From NCBI GenBank assembly GCA_013203545.1, contig JABMQA010000345.1, positions 1 through 37,013 of the forward strand: 37,013 bases of DNA. Reading direction: 5' to 3'. Below the pieces are notes generated by a model. It saw nothing but the letters and a program-made list of their open reading frames with translations. It searched no databases and was not told where the DNA came from. The stretch comes from Bacteroidota bacterium (GTDB taxonomy: Bacteria > Bacteroidota > Bacteroidia > Bacteroidales > 4484-276). Position 1 is the stretch's first letter, and each line of letters begins with the position of its first letter. Shown here piece by piece: positions 1 to 7,498 of this stretch. The translations under genes and the position numbers were made by a program.

Positions 1-90
1 ATCAACAAGCAGAGGGCTTTTATTCTTGCGATTAATTGAACAGGCTGTGATAACTGAACCTGTCTCATACAAAGAAATTATAAATCAAAA

Positions 91-816
91 TCACGGGTAA
101 TGATTACATACCCCATTTATACCAATTGGCTCGTTACCACCAAGAAATATGGTGTAATTGTCATTTACGGGATCCCAGATATATTTCGCATCGTTAATGT
201 CCGATTTATCCCATCCTGCTTCCGTTAACCAATCCACAGGCGAGGGATATGGATTGCCAATCAAATTCCATCCTTTGTGGCTTTCGATTTCACCATTGGG
301 GACGTTGGTCCGCGTGATGCCAATGCTGTATCCGCCAGTATTTAACGATTGAGTAGATCTGGCCGAATAGGAAACCGTGGTTGGCCCTGGCAAAAAAACG
401 TCATACCCTTTCATTACCGTAAGCCCCCCCTGATACAATACCCACCCAAAATTCCAATCATTTAAAATGATGGTTTCGTTGTAATAAAAAACCAGATCGG
501 TACCTGTGTAAACATCGCTGGATTCATTACTCACCGGTGATGAGGTATTGTGCCACCCATTTGCGGTGAGGTATCGTTCAACCGTTTTACTTCCGGTGAT
601 GGTATAATCACCATTGTTTGTTTGATCGACAAAGTAACCGGATGATGTGGCATCGGATTTCAACAACAGGTCATCGCCAATATACAAGCTTGATCCTTGC
701 TTGATGGTAATTGCGCTGCCGGGGGATACTACAAACTGGGCACTTATAAATGATGAACCCGCTGTTACAATCAACAGGGCAAGATACAAATTAATATTTC
801 TTCTTTTCACCGCCAT
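91..816 (-). CDS. Secreted hypothetical protein (signal peptide, beta-rich)
   Basis: 241 aa ORF with an N-terminal signal-like segment (LYLALLIVTAGSSFISAQ). Its start codon abuts the stop of the upstream gene (816/817), which suggests co-transcription with the two paralogs. It carries a GWNLIGNPYPSPVDW motif but no catalytic motif I recognise. Confidence 0.6.
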   Translation of the reverse strand: MAVKRRNINLYLALLIVTAGSSFISAQFVVSPGSAITIKQGSSLYIGDDLLLKSDATSSGYFVDQTNNGDYTITGSKTVERYLTANGWHNTSSPVSNESSDVYTGTDLVFYYNETIILNDWNFGWVLYQGGLTVMKGYDVFLPGPTTVSYSARSTQSLNTGGYSIGITRTNVPNGEIESHKGWNLIGNPYPSPVDWLTEAGWDKSDINDAKYIWDPVNDNYTIFLGGNEPIGINGVCNHYP

Positions 817-1992
817 CTACCACGACCTTAAAATTCGTACAAAAAGCAAGCTTTCGTTTGGGATCAGGTTCACGACACCTTCATTTGTTTGTCCGTTGAC
901 CAATATTTCCAAATAATCATTCATATTAAGATCAACCAGAAATGAGCTGCTGACAAGGCTGCATTTATCATCAAATTGACTATAGGAAAAAGCATAGGCA
1001 GCGCTACTTACGATGTAAATACTTCCATTTTTCCTGATCCTGGACTGAAGTGTTACCTTTTTGTTTTCCTGGTTAATCAAACTAAACATGTAGTTAACTT
1101 CATAAGTGCCATTTGCCACTACCGAAATTCGGTTTGGCCTGGAAGTGATGGAATGGGTAAAGGAGGTGGAATCCTTAAACATTTCGACATCCCAGGGAAT
1201 TGCTACCGGTACCGTCAGGCTGTTTACATTAATATTTGAGGTGGAGCCCACCTGGATAACCTCTTCCTCGCTAATACTCTGGCTCACGGTAACCGTTGCC
1301 TTGTTGTTGCCGTTATCCACCACATCCACCGCTCCCTGAAAATTCAGCGTACTTACAGCAGGTGCCACAATCACGTCACTTTGTTCAACATCCAGTGGTA
1401 AGGCATCCTCCCATGTTCCGTTGCCGAGGGCATCACTGCTTAATGCTTTATCAATACCAGCATTCGTAGGCATGCTGAAGCCCGAAGTTGTGAGATTGTT
1501 TACACCGGTCATATTTCCGGCATCATCTATTATTACTGAAGAATTCTGAATCTGGGTGCCATCTGTTCCGTCAAAACGTGCAACTGCATTGTCGGTTGAA
1601 GAAGCAGGACCTTCCACATCGTTTGCATCAGCGGGTTTCAGCATGATCCACATCGAACCGTTCCAAAAATAGAACCCCTGTTCCTGATTGGGCCCGGAAT
1701 TATAAATAAGCAATCCGGTGGCAGGTGCAACAACCGGGCTTGGGCTCAGCAGGCTCGCAGACAAAGTAACCCTCGGGACAAGCAGCCCCTTATTGGATGA
1801 AACAATATCCAGTGCAGAAGAAGGATCAGGAGTATCGGTTTGGACACCTACCTGCGCAGAAACATAATTTCCTGTCAAACAAAAAATAACAAGAAATAAG
1901 GAAAACCGCAAATCTTGAACAATCTGCCATCCGGATTTATGTTTGAAAAATACGTTGTTAGTAGTTTCCCGATTCATAATTTTACCTTTCAT
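817..1992 (-). CDS. Secreted protein, tandem paralog 1, with C1q/TNF-like C-terminal region
   Basis: 391 aa with a hydrophobic signal segment ending VSAQ. It shares three blocks with the next gene: LDIVSSNKGLLVPRV...GPNQEQGFYFWNG, SSTDNAVARFDG..G..IQNS, and a beta-rich C-terminal ~130 aa (GTYEVNYMF...RKNGSIYI...SSSFLVDLNMNDYLEILV). Confidence 0.65.
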   Translation of the reverse strand: MKGKIMNRETTNNVFFKHKSGWQIVQDLRFSLFLVIFCLTGNYVSAQVGVQTDTPDPSSALDIVSSNKGLLVPRVTLSASLLSPSPVVAPATGLLIYNSGPNQEQGFYFWNGSMWIMLKPADANDVEGPASSTDNAVARFDGTDGTQIQNSSVIIDDAGNMTGVNNLTTSGFSMPTNAGIDKALSSDALGNGTWEDALPLDVEQSDVIVAPAVSTLNFQGAVDVVDNGNNKATVTVSQSISEEEVIQVGSTSNINVNSLTVPVAIPWDVEMFKDSTSFTHSITSRPNRISVVANGTYEVNYMFSLINQENKKVTLQSRIRKNGSIYIVSSAAYAFSYSQFDDKCSLVSSSFLVDLNMNDYLEILVNGQTNEGVVNLIPNESLLFVRILRSW

Positions 1993-1995
1993 TTA

Positions 1996-3210
1996 TCATT
2001 CTATCTCCCGCATTAACCTTACAAAGAATACATTTTCATAAGGCACCAAATTTAACGGGCCGGGATTGGTTTGCCCATTTGTAACCAACTCGATATAATC
2101 ATTGGCATTCAGTTCAACCAAAAATGATGAACTCACATGCGATGATTCCTGATCAGCCATATTGTAACTAAATGAATAGCAAGTTACATTTGGTATGTAT
2201 ATAGAACCATTTTTTCTCAACCTGGCTCTTAAAGTTTTCCTCATCACAGTTTTACTAATGGTATTAAACATATAATTAAATTCATAAATCCCATGTGTTA
2301 GCACCTGGACCCGGCTGGGATTATTTGATGTGGAATGCACAAAATACCCATAATCTCTTTGCTGCACAATATCCCAGGGGATAGCAACACTTGCGAACAG
2401 GTCGTTTAAATCAAGCGAATCGCTGGATGAAAGCTGAATCAGGCTACGGCTGACATTATTGGCATAAAAAGTAACCGTTGCCTTTTCATTTCCAACATCC
2501 TGTACCTGGATCCCCTCGCTAAAATTCAGGGAATTTACATTCGCACTTATGAGTATGTTGTTTTCCTCAATATCAATAGGTGGGGCACTTTGCCATGTCG
2601 CATTGCCAGAGGCATCTGAAACCAGAATATATCCCGGTGATGGGGCTGCTGTCATTCTGAAACCATCAACCGTAAGGTTATTTACATTGGTAATATCCCC
2701 GGCATCATTCAAATAAACCTGCGAATTTTGTATGACTTTCCCGGTATTTCCATCAAACCGTACCATTGCATTATCAGTGGACGACACCGGACCGCTCACA
2801 TCGTCTGCCGAAGGAGAGTTAATTAGTGTCCAGCCAGTTCCTGACCAGTAATAAAAACCCTGTTCCTGGTTAGGCCCCGTGTTAAAAACCAATAGCCCGA
2901 CAGCCGGATTGGTTACAGGGCCCGGATTTTCAAGACTAACGGTTAATACAACCCTAGGCACCAATACCCCTTTTGATGTTGACACAACATCCAATTCAGC
3001 AGATATCTCCGGGTTGGCGGTTGAAATGCCAATCTGGCAAAAAGCCGTAAAACCCAGAAATAGAAAAGTGAAAATTGATATGGATTTAGACACAGTCATA
3101 ATGCTAATTACCTTATCAATAAAGCGTTGAGGCGTAAACGCTTCATAAATTAATCCCTTATTTTTAGTTTTTCCCGAGGGTAAAGTTAATAACTTTTTGA
3201 GGTAAGTCAA
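1996..3210 (-). CDS. Secreted protein, tandem paralog 2, with C1q/TNF-like C-terminal region
   Basis: 404 aa ORF, collinear with 817..1992 (LDVVSTSKGVLVPRV, GPNQEQGFYYWSG, SSTDNAMVRFDGNTGKVIQNS, GIYEFNYMF...RKNGSIYI...SSSFLVELNANDYIELV). The true start is probably the internal Met at ~3099 (MTVSKSISIFTFLFLGFTAFCQ is the signal peptide). A 3-nt gap separates it from the next gene. Confidence 0.65.
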   Translation of the reverse strand: MTYLKKLLTLPSGKTKNKGLIYEAFTPQRFIDKVISIMTVSKSISIFTFLFLGFTAFCQIGISTANPEISAELDVVSTSKGVLVPRVVLTVSLENPGPVTNPAVGLLVFNTGPNQEQGFYYWSGTGWTLINSPSADDVSGPVSSTDNAMVRFDGNTGKVIQNSQVYLNDAGDITNVNNLTVDGFRMTAAPSPGYILVSDASGNATWQSAPPIDIEENNILISANVNSLNFSEGIQVQDVGNEKATVTFYANNVSRSLIQLSSSDSLDLNDLFASVAIPWDIVQQRDYGYFVHSTSNNPSRVQVLTHGIYEFNYMFNTISKTVMRKTLRARLRKNGSIYIPNVTCYSFSYNMADQESSHVSSSFLVELNANDYIELVTNGQTNPGPLNLVPYENVFFVRLMREIE

Positions 3211-3238
3211 GAAAAATTTCCAAAAAAGAAAATTATTC

Positions 3239-4096
3239 TTAGTAATAATATTCGATTTCCCTTAAGGTAATGGTGGTATTGCCATCTAAATCCTGGGTGA
3301 GAATACTTTCTTCAATTACCTTGTTTTCAACCCTTTTCGTCCAATTTCCTTTATCGTCGTACTCATACTCAAAAGTTGAGGTCATAGCCAGGCGATGGCT
3401 TATGATAAGTTTACAAACTTCAACATCCCCTCTTGAATTATAGGTGAATTTTTTTTTCCAGGATAACTTTCTTTCAGAGTTATAGTATTTTGCCGAAATT
3501 TTCACCCTTCTAAAATCATATCCATATACATATTTACCCGACAAATCCCCGTCAGGCTTAAAATACGCTTCGGTCTGGACATTCCCATTATAACTATTTT
3601 GATAAACAATTTTTGTATAAAGATTCTGGTAATATTTTTCGTACTCAACATCAATGGGATTCCTTTTATCATCGAACATCTTTTGTAAGGATCTGTCGTA
3701 AATTGCCTCAGTAATAAAACCTTTTTGATTCGTCGAATAGGTAACAGGCAGATAAAGTTCACCATTTGCAGTAAAATCCTTTGAACAGCTTTTATGGTTA
3801 TTCTCATCGTATTCATACTTGACGACCGAAAACAACAGGCCTTCTTTGTAAGTATATGTTTCCAATTTATTACCATCAGTATTATAAAATGTGTATTGAT
3901 CCGAGATTATTTGATCATACTGCATATTATCAAAACCACTGGAAACGGAATAAACAATTTCCTTCAGGGATCGAACAGTATCGCTCAACCCCTCCTTTTC
4001 AAGGTCATTTTTACTGCCAAACACCGGAGGTGGGTTTATAAACTCCGCGGCAATAAAAACTTTGATCAAAACCATTAAGCAGAAAAAATTTTTCAT
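3239..4096 (-). CDS. Secreted hypothetical protein with Y/D/E-rich repeats
   Basis: 285 aa with an N-terminal hydrophobic signal. Repeated YxYD-type segments are present (KYEYDENNHKS, TFEYEYDDKGNWTKRV). No confident family call. Confidence 0.6.
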   Translation of the reverse strand: MKNFFCLMVLIKVFIAAEFINPPPVFGSKNDLEKEGLSDTVRSLKEIVYSVSSGFDNMQYDQIISDQYTFYNTDGNKLETYTYKEGLLFSVVKYEYDENNHKSCSKDFTANGELYLPVTYSTNQKGFITEAIYDRSLQKMFDDKRNPIDVEYEKYYQNLYTKIVYQNSYNGNVQTEAYFKPDGDLSGKYVYGYDFRRVKISAKYYNSERKLSWKKKFTYNSRGDVEVCKLIISHRLAMTSTFEYEYDDKGNWTKRVENKVIEESILTQDLDGNTTITLREIEYYY

Positions 4097-4119
4097 TCAA
4101 CCGGCCTGATTGTGGCTTA

Positions 4120-4127
4120 CAAAGGTA
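4120..4127 (-). promoter_or_regulatory. Candidate Bacteroidota-type -7 promoter box (TACCTTTG)
   Basis: The minus strand reads TACCTTTG, matching the TAnnTTTG -7 consensus, 24-31 nt upstream of the ATG at 4096. No clear -33 TTTG was seen. Confidence 0.3.
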
Positions 4128-4239
4128 AGATTCTTTGGTTGATTGTCACTGCTATAATAAAAGTAAAACATTTCACTAATTAAAAGCACAAAAACCTGAA
4201 AAAACACTGGAAATGGTTTTTTAGTTTGTTTGTTTTTTG

Positions 4240-5148
4240 TCAGCATTCCGTCACACAATTTTCTTCAATCTTTTTGTTTTCAATTTGAAGTGTGGTATGC
4301 CCGATGCCAAATTTATCCTGCAATTGTTCCTGTAAATTTGAAATAAAATTATCATCATAACCTTCGGGCATGATAAGGTGCGCCGTTAAAGCCACCCTGG
4401 TTGTGCTCATAGCCCAAATATGCAGATCATGAATATCATCAATGCCATTGGTTGACAATAGCAATTCGCGTACTTTTTCCAGATCGATATGTTTGGGTAC
4501 GGCATCCAGGGCCAGATCTATCGAGTCGGTAAATAATCGCCATGTTCCCCAAAGTATTACAAGAATAATTATAAAGCTCATTACCGGGTCAATCCATTGA
4601 ATTCCGGTAAGGCTAATCAATAATCCTGCAATAACGACACCTAACGAAACCCCAACATCGGCGGCCATATGAAGAAAAGCTCCTTTGATGTTCAGGTCAT
4701 CTTTTTGGCCTTTCATAAACAGCAGGGCTGTCATGGTGTTGATAAGCACACCTATTCCTGCCACAATCATTACCTGAGTGCCTGCAACAGGTTCTGGATC
4801 ATTAAGTTTCCCAATGGCATCCCAGCCAATGAAAATTACGGCCCCAAACAACAAAAGCGCGTTGAGGATTGATACAAGGATGGTTGTTTTGCGCAAACCG
4901 TAGGTGTATTTTCCTTTTGGTTTTATGGTTGCAAGCCAGACTGCTGTCCACGCAAATATTAAACTTAGAACATCACTGGCATTGTGCCCTGCATCTGCTA
5001 ATAAAGCTGACGAATTGGCTATCAGTCCATAAAAAATTTCTACAGCTACAAAGGCAATATTTAAACCAATACCGATGGCAAAGGCTTTGCTATGTCCTTT
5101 GTTTATTGTATGTTCGTGTGAATGAGTCATATTAAATTCATTTTCCAA
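4240..5148 (-). CDS. czcD: Cation diffusion facilitator (CDF) Zn/Co/Cd efflux transporter
   Basis: 302 aa with a His-rich N-terminus (HSHEHTINKGH) and six predicted TM segments. TM2 carries AGHNASD and TM5 carries FLHMAAD, giving the HD-HD metal site typical of CzcD/ZitB-type CDFs. The C-terminal cytoplasmic domain contains DIHDLHIW. Confidence 0.9.
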   Translation of the reverse strand: MENEFNMTHSHEHTINKGHSKAFAIGIGLNIAFVAVEIFYGLIANSSALLADAGHNASDVLSLIFAWTAVWLATIKPKGKYTYGLRKTTILVSILNALLLFGAVIFIGWDAIGKLNDPEPVAGTQVMIVAGIGVLINTMTALLFMKGQKDDLNIKGAFLHMAADVGVSLGVVIAGLLISLTGIQWIDPVMSFIIILVILWGTWRLFTDSIDLALDAVPKHIDLEKVRELLLSTNGIDDIHDLHIWAMSTTRVALTAHLIMPEGYDDNFISNLQEQLQDKFGIGHTTLQIENKKIEENCVTEC

Positions 5149-5277
5149 GCTTCAATATCGAAAACCAAACTTTTAATAATGGAAAGCCCTTCCAGTTTCA
5201 TCCTGATGAGGGATTCCTCAAAAGGGCAATCCATTTTTAATATAATATGGTGAATTCAGTTTTGTACATTTTAAATG

Positions 5278-5739
5278 CTAAAGATTCTCAAGAGCAATTA
5301 AAAATTTATCCGTTACTTTTTGGGCTATTTTTTCAAGCTCAGTGTTCCCAAGCATTTTCATCAAAGCGGAAGGATTCACCATTACTACTTCAATACTTCC
5401 ATTTCCCATTTCTTTAACTAACACTTTACAGGGTAGAAAAAGACCTATGTTTTCTTCAATTTGAAGTGTTTGATAGGCAAAGGAAGGATTGCAGACGCCC
5501 AAAATTTTATATGGTTTCATCTCTACATCCTGCAATTTCTCTTTTAATGTAACATCCATATCAATTTCTGTAATTACTCCAAATCCTTGTTCTTTCAATA
5601 AAGATTTAACTTTACTAGTTACATCCTCAAATGATCCCTTTACAGTTTTATTAAAATAAAACTTTTGGTGTTCTTGAGCTGACAACGATTGTATTGCAAA
5701 TACAATGATTAATAATGAAATGATTTTTAAGTTTTTCAT
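5278..5739 (-). CDS. DUF302 domain protein with signal peptide
   Basis: 153 aa with signal LLIIVFAIQSLSAQ. The core (GFGVITEIDMDVTLKEKL...YKILGVCNP.FAY...LPCKVLV) is collinear with the two other DUF302-like ORFs in the window. Confidence 0.8.
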   Translation of the reverse strand: MKNLKIISLLIIVFAIQSLSAQEHQKFYFNKTVKGSFEDVTSKVKSLLKEQGFGVITEIDMDVTLKEKLQDVEMKPYKILGVCNPSFAYQTLQIEENIGLFLPCKVLVKEMGNGSIEVVMVNPSALMKMLGNTELEKIAQKVTDKFLIALENL

Positions 5740-5838
5740 TTGATTTAAATTTATTGTGAATTTTAATAATTTAATTGGATTTTCATGATTAAATCTATCA
5801 AATATCCATCGAGATTTGACAGATATATTATGTAGTAT

Positions 5839-6432
5839 TTAATTATTTTTAATTCCATCAAATACCTCAAAATAATTGGTGTTACCGTTTTGCATTGAAA
5901 AATTATAATTACATGAATTCATGGTTGGATTAAATCCACCATAATGCAAATCATTTTGACTATGCTGTGTATTCATATGATTCGTCCAGGCATTCCACTG
6001 TTGGTTACCTGCCCAATTGTCTCCATGCCAGTTGCTGTTCATCCATCCTGATTGTTGACTGTTACAAAAGTCATAATTATTAGTGTTATGCCCATATTCA
6101 TTATAAAAGTCTTGACCTGTAAAACAAACCATGATACTATCGTAGTTTTGATATAACTGTAGGATTAATGTTGAATCAAAATTTGCAGCTATACAATGCA
6201 ATTGGATTAAACTGTCATTTTGCACACTCACGGTTATTGTAGCCGTCTTACTTTCGTTTGTAGTTGAATTTTTTAATGTTCCGGTATATGTCCCCACTAC
6301 TTCAGATGCTAATAAATTTGTGACATTGGGGTCTTCATCCTTTTTACAAGAAGTAAAGATAATGGCACTAAGTACTCCAAGAACAAAAATCTTAGAGATT
6401 GCTTTTTTGAAAACTAATTTACTTTTTTTCAT
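5839..6432 (-). CDS. Lipoprotein of unknown family, His/Trp/Asn-rich C-terminal half (paralog of 19813..20328)
   Basis: 197 aa with a lipobox-like IFTSC. It shares these blocks with 19813..20328: GTYTG, DSIMVCFT, FYNEYGH, HYGGF and FDGIK. Confidence 0.7.
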   Translation of the reverse strand: MKKSKLVFKKAISKIFVLGVLSAIIFTSCKKDEDPNVTNLLASEVVGTYTGTLKNSTTNESKTATITVSVQNDSLIQLHCIAANFDSTLILQLYQNYDSIMVCFTGQDFYNEYGHNTNNYDFCNSQQSGWMNSNWHGDNWAGNQQWNAWTNHMNTQHSQNDLHYGGFNPTMNSCNYNFSMQNGNTNYFEVFDGIKNN

Positions 6433-6501
6433 GTTTTTAATTTTTAATGTTAATTTAATTTTTATGAATTGGTTTCATTTGACATCAATAAAGCTTTATT
6501 G

Positions 6502-7014
6502 TCATTCAACTTTAAAACCTGCATCCACTATTGCCTTTTCAAGATGCTCATAATTGATAAGTTCATGATTATATTCAATGTAAACCTGCAAAGAAGCATC
6601 GTAAAACTTATAATTTCTTATTCCATTTGTATTTTCAAGTAGTGTGTTCAATCTCACTTCTTCCTTTTCATCCATCTCTGTGAAACAAATGACAGTTTTA
6701 TCAATATCGGTTTTTATTTTTTTTATTCGACTTTTACCTTCAACTGTTTCTTCCAGTTCAACTTCAATGTATAAACCTGCTGGCAAGTCAATTAAACTCA
6801 CCATCTCACCATTAAGGTCTGTTTTCATACTTTCATCTATAGCCAGTGGCATGCAGGCTTTTGTCCCAAATACACACACCACAATCATGTCCTCACCCTT
6901 TTCTTTGCCTATGGTTCCTTTAGCATTTGATACTTTTTGAGAAAAAGCACCCCCGGAAAGAAAAATGAGACTAAGTGCCAAGGCGAATAACTTACTTCTT
7001 GTTTTTTTTATCAT
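6502..7014 (-). CDS. Secreted hypothetical protein with C-terminal CxxC-less HMA-like (ferredoxin-fold-like) segment
   Basis: 170 aa with signal LSLIFLSGGAFSQ. The C-terminus (IRNYKFYDASLQVYIEYNHELINYEHLEKAIVDAGFKVE) resembles the second half of an HMA domain but has no CxxC. Confidence 0.55.
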   Translation of the reverse strand: MIKKTRSKLFALALSLIFLSGGAFSQKVSNAKGTIGKEKGEDMIVVCVFGTKACMPLAIDESMKTDLNGEMVSLIDLPAGLYIEVELEETVEGKSRIKKIKTDIDKTVICFTEMDEKEEVRLNTLLENTNGIRNYKFYDASLQVYIEYNHELINYEHLEKAIVDAGFKVE

Positions 7015-7052
7015 TTTTAAAATTTTAGATTATTCAATAGAGAATTGATCAA

Positions 7053-7442
7053 TTAGATGTTTTCAATAACTTTTTCAAGTTTCGACCTTATTTCATTAGC
7101 GATATTCCCCAGGTTTTCATTTCCTATTGCTTGCATAGATGCAACAGGGTCGACAGCTGCAATTTCAATCTGAGTGTCAGATATTTGTTGCACAATGACG
7201 TTGCAGGGCAACATTGTTCCGATTTTATTTTCAGCCTGTAATGCTTTGTATGCAAAAGGAGGATTACAAGCCCCTAATATCCTGTAATTTCTGAAATCAA
7301 CATCCAACTTCTTTTTTAATGTTGCCTGCACGTCAATTTCGGTTAAGATGCCGAAACCTTCTTTTTTCAATTCTTCTGTTACTCTTTCGATGGCTTTATC
7401 GAAAGTTACATTTTCAAGTGTTTTGTTAAAATAATAGTTCAT
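7053..7442 (-). CDS. DUF302 domain protein
   Basis: 129 aa and, by eye, ~60-65% identical to 23136..23522 (GFGILTEIDVQATLKKKLDVDFRNYRILGACNPPFAYKAL...KIGTMLPCNVIVQ). Confidence 0.85.
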   Translation of the reverse strand: MNYYFNKTLENVTFDKAIERVTEELKKEGFGILTEIDVQATLKKKLDVDFRNYRILGACNPPFAYKALQAENKIGTMLPCNVIVQQISDTQIEIAAVDPVASMQAIGNENLGNIANEIRSKLEKVIENI

Positions 7443-7498
7443 AATGTTTAATTTTTAAATGTTTATTAATTTACAAATAATTATAATATCTACCGAAC

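Noticed and set aside
1-68. A partial minus-strand ORF at the left edge, starting at the ATG at 66..68 (MRQVQLSQPVQLIARIKALCLLI...).
   Set aside because: Only 22 codons are visible and no motif is present. It cannot be distinguished from a chance open frame.
3502-3876. Minus-strand nested alternative-frame ORFs (3502..3876 inside 3239..4096; 9990..10193 inside 9688..10224).
   Set aside because: They are fully contained in longer ORFs that have signal peptides and fit the gene spacing. The nested translations are basic and low-complexity, with no motif.
5149-5277. A possible NiCo (czcD-type) riboswitch upstream of the CDF gene.
   Set aside because: I could not recognise the conserved four-way-junction nucleotides from memory, and that riboswitch class is mainly known from Firmicutes. 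It is kept only as a generic hairpin observation.
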